This document shows positions 58,501 through 64,000 of a stretch of DNA of 64,000 bases, one piece after another. The DNA is from Phoronis australis (lineage: Eukaryota > Animalia > Phoronida), in the NCBI GenBank assembly GCA_002633005.1, contig NMRA01000859.1:32424-96423 (forward strand), in the 5' to 3' direction. The stretch's first letter is position 1. Each line of letters starts with the position of its first letter. Under the pieces are notes generated by a model. The model worked only from the letters and a program-made list of their open reading frames with translations. It was not told the DNA's origin and did no database searches. The translations under genes were made by a program, and so were the position numbers.

Positions 58501-61500
58501 TATCTGTAAATTGTTCATTAAGTTGTAGGTGACAACTATCATGTCAGTGGTGAATATTTATTCAGTAGTATGGAACACATCTTTAGTGTTTACATGGTAC
58601 TGTCCATTCAAATGAATGTAGCATATAACACGTCAGTGAGCATTAATGTTATTTGTACAAGTGTAGCGCAAAAACATATTTGACATTGTTGCAGAATTGT
58701 TTGTGTAGCACACAGCTCACCTTCAAGATCTCAATTGTAGTAGCGCCACTAATGGTTAAGCCAACTTAACTGTGTTGTAGTCACTGAGTCTCACCAGATC
58801 CTGTTCCTGGCACACCAGTCTAATAATAATAATTGGAAATGTGCTCTTCTCTATTCTAGCGGTTCCAGCCAGTTGACCCCATGTGTTTTGTGGCCAAGTC
58901 TGATGTCCTTGCTCCACAGAAGGATATCCATTTAAGTAAGACAATTTACCATATTGCCCCAGCTTTTAACCTGCCTCTCGAGTATACGCCAACTTCCCAC
59001 TTTTTGCCTATTTTTGTGTAAATAATGTACCACACCCATTTTTTCACAGGTATTAAGCGCACCCATCCTTAGTATTCACCCTCTAACACTTCTCAGTACA
59101 CAGTGTAAGTTCACTTTCTAGCACCCCTCAGTTCATGGTATCAGTTCCCATCCAAGGGTATTACCACAATTCCTAGTACCCTCCAGTTTATTGTATCAGT
59201 TCCCATCCAAGGGTATTACCACAATTCCTAGTACCCTCCAGTTCATGGTATCAGTTCCCATCCAAGGGTATTACCACAATTCCTAGTACCCTCCAGTTCA
59301 TGGTATCAGTTCCCATCCAAGGGTATTACCACAATTCCTAGTACCCTCCAGTTCATGGTATCAGTTCCCATCCAAGGGTATTACCACAATTCCTAGTACC
59401 CTCCAGTTCATGGTATCAGTTCCCATCCAAGGGTATTACCACAATTCCTAGTACCCTCCAGTTCATGGTATCAGTTCCCATCCAAGGGTATTACCACAAT
59501 TCCTAGTACCCTCCAGTTCATGGTATCAGTTCCCATCCAAGGGTATTACCACAATTCCTAGTACCCTCCAGTTCATGGTATCAGTTCCCATCCAAGGGTA
59601 TTACCACAATTCCTAGTACCCTCCAGTTCATGGTATCAGTTCCCATCCAAGGGTATTACCACAATTCCTAGTACCCTCCAGTTCATGGTATCAGTTCCCA
59701 TCCAAGGGTATTACCACAATTCCTAGTACCCTCCAGTTCATGGTATCAGTTCCCATCCAAGGGTATTACCACAATTCCTAGTACCCTCCAGTTCATGGTA
59801 TCAGTTCCCATCCAAGGGTATTACCACAATTCCTAGTACCCTCCAATTCATGGTATCAGTTCCCATCCAAGGGTATTACCACAATTCCTAGTACCCTCCA
59901 GTTCATGGTATATGTTCACGTCCTAGCTCCTCTTGGTCCATATCAATTTATCTTTTTCTTTCTCTTTCATCCTGTCCAAGCACAAAGGTGCCTACCAGGA
60001 AAAGAAATCTGGCAGCATACATGAATGTGTGATACAAGCCCATGGTCCACCTAGGTATAAGCCTGCTGCTGTGTTTTCAAGTCCCAAATAACGGTCCCTT
60101 GGGTTTATACCTGACTCTGGTAACCTGAGTGGTTACAGTATTTTTGAAGCACGTCATTTATTAACTGTACAATCCATTTGTGGCAGTTCCAAAGCTGGTA
60201 AAACACTTGAAAAGTCAGTAAAATGTAAAGTGTTTTACCGGCTTCAGCATTGTCTCGTTTTATCTGGTCTCGACACATGTCACTTCAAACTATTTGTGTC
60301 AGTTTATTCATTGAATGAAGTTTAATAGATCAGTATGACCTCACTCTCCAATAATAGGAGTTTTGGGATATCTTTTATGTGGGGTATTTTTGTCTGGGGA
60401 TCAATGTTCACGTGGCGACTTTCTGTTTCTATTTGAGAACTTATTTGTATTACCGTGTTCATCCGCACACAAAGTTTTTTCCCTGACACATCTAGTGGGC
60501 AGATTATGCGAGACCTTTCTCTTGTATTTCAGCATTCTGTTCTCGCGAGAAGTCTCTCCCTGACACATCGATGGTTTATGGACGGATGTATGTCACCGCG
60601 TGGGAAACTGATCTGGAGGAAGTTGAAGATGAGGCTGTCAAGTTGGTCATGGAGGCCGTAGAGGTTTGTGATTGGTTGATTCGAAGAAGGCTTAAGGCCA
60701 GAGTCACACTGCTGTGGAGTGTTATTGGTTGTACATGCACTTCTTACTCTGGGTTAGAGGCTTACACTGTTTGGTGAATGAGTTCAGGGAGGGAGGTCGA
60801 GTGAGGTTCTTTATTGGTTGATCAAATGAAGGTCAATGGTAAGGTCATGGGGTCAATGTAATTTCTCAGTTTCCTTGAAGTAGTTGTGTGAAAACTCTAG
60901 AGGTCTGATGGGATAGTTGACATGTCACACTGTTGGCCTTTCAGGACTCAGAGCACTGAATCATGGGGGGGTCCTTTTCAGTTTCATGCAATCCTTGTTA
61001 TCGGTGCATTATGTCCAGTTTGGGGACTGTCTGGCGTCCGCTGATGTATCTCCTAAACCCTTGGTGAATGTCCATGAATGTTATGAGACATGTTCCTGTC
61101 ATGGATGGATTCTACTACCAGCGCGCTCACTGGTGGCAATTTTTTATTTTATTAGGTTTGTCGCTGTATCTTCGGAGTTCCTCGACAGATTTTCATAAAG
61201 TTTCCAAATAAGTATCTGATAGCTAAAGGAGAGGCTGTGGTTTGGCGCCTGTCTCTCTTTCAGCCAAACTACTCTTAACTGTGATTGTGACTTTGCATTA
61301 TGTGTTTTACTGGGAAGACGACAGCTGACAGTGATTTTTGAATGGCTGACTACCTACTAGGTGCCTCCTAGGGGTGGTGCGTCGGCAGCTGTACGTCGTG
61401 AATGTCTTAGAGTACATGGTCATCACCAACCAGTACATAGGGCATCACCAACCTCCTAGTTCCAGCAAATGTTACGTTATATCCAAAATGTCATTTCTAT

Positions 61501-64000
61501 CAAGTGTTGTTGACATGAACGTTTGTGGTATTTAAATTGTTTATGACTTATACTTCCTCTCAGTTACCTGCTCATTGAATTTGAAGTCTCGTCATCTCTT
61601 GCCTATTTTTGTAACAAACACAGCTGCAGGATTCTGCGAGTGCAAAATGGGCGATCAAGAGAAATCAAATTATATTTTGCAAATAAAATTTACCTTCATC
61701 CTTCGGAAGCCTTGCAAGGTAACAATTTGTGTAATTTTAAAGAATGTTATTTGAAAATCGAATTGCGTCCGGGATGTACCAAGTCGCTGGATCTTGCGCC
61801 CTTTTTAATTTCAGTGCATGAAAACGTATAGAGACAGCGTTAACACTGTGTTTAGTGTTGACCTGAATTAGAATACATGTTGAGACTACCGCTACTCCTG
61901 CTACTTTCGACAGCTCTTAGCTTTGCATGGAATGAGTCTCCTGCAATCTGAGAAACTGAATTGTCTTTCTATTCTGTTTCAGGTTCATCTTAAAAATGTG
62001 ATATCGTGTGCCATTCACCAGCGTAAGGGTTATCACCTGCGAGAGGGCAGGTTTAAGTACGCCACAGGTGATGTCATACAACCGTATCTACGAAACAGTT
62101 CACTCATACAAGATGGTGCCAGGTGAAGTGGTCTTATTAAGTGCTGTTAGTTGCTTCGTTTAACAACAACAAAAATATGTCAACAGTTTACGGACTCTGA
62201 GGTCTTACATGGCAATCCATAATTACAGGGTGTCGTTTAAGTACTCTTTGGCCCCACATGGAAATGTATAATTAGTGGGGGGGGGGTTTACTGACTCTGA
62301 GGTCTTACATGGCGACCCATAATTACAGGCCGTGGGTGTACTTTATGTACTCTTTGGCTCCACATGGAAATGTATAATTAGGGGAGATGGTTTACTGACT
62401 CTGAGGTCTTACATGGCAACTCGTAGTTACGTGAGGGTGGTATATAGACTCAGAGGCCAATAAGACAACTCATGTTAGGTACAGGAAGATAAGATTAACA
62501 GCTAAATAAAATTCAGAATTCCTTGTTGAAGTCTGGGCTGGTAAACTTTTTCTTTTTACATTTATTTCTTGTATAATGTGGCATGCCAATTAGTTTTTGG
62601 AATTACCATTTTCATGTTACTCGACTTTTGAGCTCTTTCACTGATTCCTATTTTGATAGCTCCCTCATGCAGAAGTCAAACATGGCTGTTTAAACAATGC
62701 CTAACATCATTTTGAAGAACAATGCGTAAAACATAGTAACTTAGACTTTCCTGAGAGTCTGATTTGCTGAGAAATGATGATCTAAAAGTTAGCCAGGTTT
62801 GGTCGTTTTTCTTGGGTCTATTAAAACTGCAAGTTCTTCAAACGGCTCCCTTTCGGTGGCAGTGAATGGTAGTGTTTTTTAATAGTCTCACGCTGCTTGG
62901 TTTGTGGTGGGTCGCATATCTTGACAATTGCATGCTCCACATGAACGTGTTCTCTGGTTTTCTCGCTTAGTTTGAAAATTTGTCTACATACTTCCCAGCT
63001 TATAGTTGACCTTTCAGGATTTAGAAGGGGCTAAGGGGGAAAGGGCGCCCCTTAATGTGAAGGACTACATCAATATGAATCAAATATGAAGTGGAAAAGA
63101 GTGACATTTAATTCCTTCATTTGGTGACCCTCGAACTGGTGAATTTCATTAAGGGCGCCTGTTGTAAGTCCTGTTGTGTCTATGTCAGTATCTCTCCTTA
63201 TCTAGTGAGGTTACATACATGACAGGTCGACTACTCCTCTTCTAAACCCTTCTTTGTCTATGTATAATGTTTCTCCCCGCCTTCTTGTGAGGCTGCTTAC
63301 ATGACTGGTTGTCTAGCCCTGCTCTATGCTGTGTTGTGTCTGTGTGTTAATGTATCTCTCCCATTCTAGTGAGGCTGCTTACATGACTGGGTGTCTAGCC
63401 CTGTTCTATGCTGTGTTGTGTCTATGTGTTAATGTATCTCTCCCCTTCTAGTGAGGCTGCTTACATGACGGGTTGTCTAGCCCTGTTCTATGCTGTGTTG
63501 TGTCTGTGTGTTAATGTATCTCTCCCCTTCTAGTGAGGCTGCTTACATGACGGGTTGTCTAGCCCTGTTCTATGCTGTGTTGTGTCTGTGTGTTAATGTA
63601 TCTCTCCCCTTCTAGTGAGGCCACTTACATGACGGGTTGTCTAGCCCTGTTCTATGCTGTGTTGTGTCTGTGTGTTAATGTATCTCTCCCCTTCTAGTGA
63701 GGCCACTTACATGACGGGTTGTCTAGCCCTGTTCTATGCTGTGTTGTGTCTGTGTGTTAATGTATCTCTCCCCTTCTAGTGAGGCTGCTTACATGACTGG
63801 TTTTCTAGCCCTGTTCTATGCTGTGTTGTGTCTGTGTGTTAATGTATCTCTCCCCTTCTAGTGAGGCCACATACATCACAAGCTGTGGCGCACACGTTCC
63901 CAGCATAAAACCCTCAGTGGAGACGGGCCAGGGAGATGCTGCAAAACACATTGCATGTTCCGGGAACCACATGACCCCCACAAGGCCCCTGAACCTGTAT
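52559..64000 (+). CDS. TADA1: Transcriptional adapter 1 (SAGA subunit), 3'-incomplete
   Basis: Exons: 52559-52629 ([24 protein letters not shown]), 56373-56530 ([35 protein letters not shown]), 57974-58068, 58860-58935 (RFQPVDP), 60533-60663 ([15 protein letters not shown]), 61983-62122 ([21 protein letters not shown]), 63862->64000 (..IACSG..PLNLY). Phases are consistent. Confidence 0.93.
55135..55686 (+). repeat. 29-bp minisatellite (cattatgcggacaaaattatgttgatgac)n
   Basis: About 18 units, more homogeneous towards the 3' end. Confidence 0.95.
55690..55842 (+). mobile_element. MITE family A copy in TADA1 intron 1
   Basis: ggcgtgcgttcagtagacgctaggacc…ggtccttgtgttactgaacgggaggc; matches 5850-5990. 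Confidence 0.75.
58190..58560 (+). repeat. Degenerate ~43-bp tandem repeat (tgatatcaatgtgaagtgttcattcacatgcaggac)
   Basis: About 8 decayed units in TADA1 intron 3. Confidence 0.75.
59118..59911 (+). repeat. 55-bp minisatellite, ~14 near-identical copies
   Basis: (cagttcatggtatcagttcccatccaagggtattaccacaattcctagtaccctc)n. Confidence 0.97.
62186..62480 (+). repeat. ~100-bp tandem repeat, about 3 copies
   Basis: gactctgaggtcttacatggc…tactctttggcNccacatggaaatgtataattag. Confidence 0.85.
63170..63876 (+). repeat. 82-bp tandem array whose unit contains the TADA1 exon 7 splice acceptor
   Basis: Unit ends tctctccccttctag|tgaggc. Acceptor positions 63205, 63287 (mutated to TG), 63369, 63451, 63533, 63615, 63697, 63779 and 63861 (the true one). 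Confidence 0.95.

Noticed and set aside
59118-59911. Regular array resembling a CRISPR
   Set aside because: The units are contiguous and identical with no unique spacers. The context is a eukaryotic intron with no cas genes, so this is a minisatellite.
58190-62480. 43-, 55- and 100-bp arrays as further splice-site echoes
   Set aside because: They lie near exons, but I could not convincingly align their units to the junctions; counted as ordinary tandem repeats.

Overview
Intron-rich, AT-rich animal genomic DNA; gene and transposon content suggests a marine invertebrate, possibly a deuterostome, but this is only inference. Four spliced genes were reconstructed by hand with consistent exon phases. 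(1) A classical SDR oxidoreductase (-, 5 exons, 7504-16159) with a nonsense codon in exon 2; a second, partial copy of its intron 1 and upstream region occupies 1-5590. (2) A 19-exon, 794-aa GBP/atlastin-family GTPase (+, 23659-41622) with an apparent signal peptide, a hydrophobic C-terminus and altered catalytic motifs. (3) SURF4 (-, 44101-52163) with a GC-AG first intron. (4) TADA1 (+, from 52559, head-to-head with SURF4), which runs off the window. Mobile DNA includes a decayed Penelope-like element, an internally deleted Kolobok transposon, LINE fragments, MITEs and minisatellites. The most striking unexplained pattern is 'splice-site echoes': tandem copies of exon-intron junctions extending into the intron at about 10 boundaries of three genes. 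They range from a young 9 x 82-bp acceptor array in TADA1 to heavily decayed copies.
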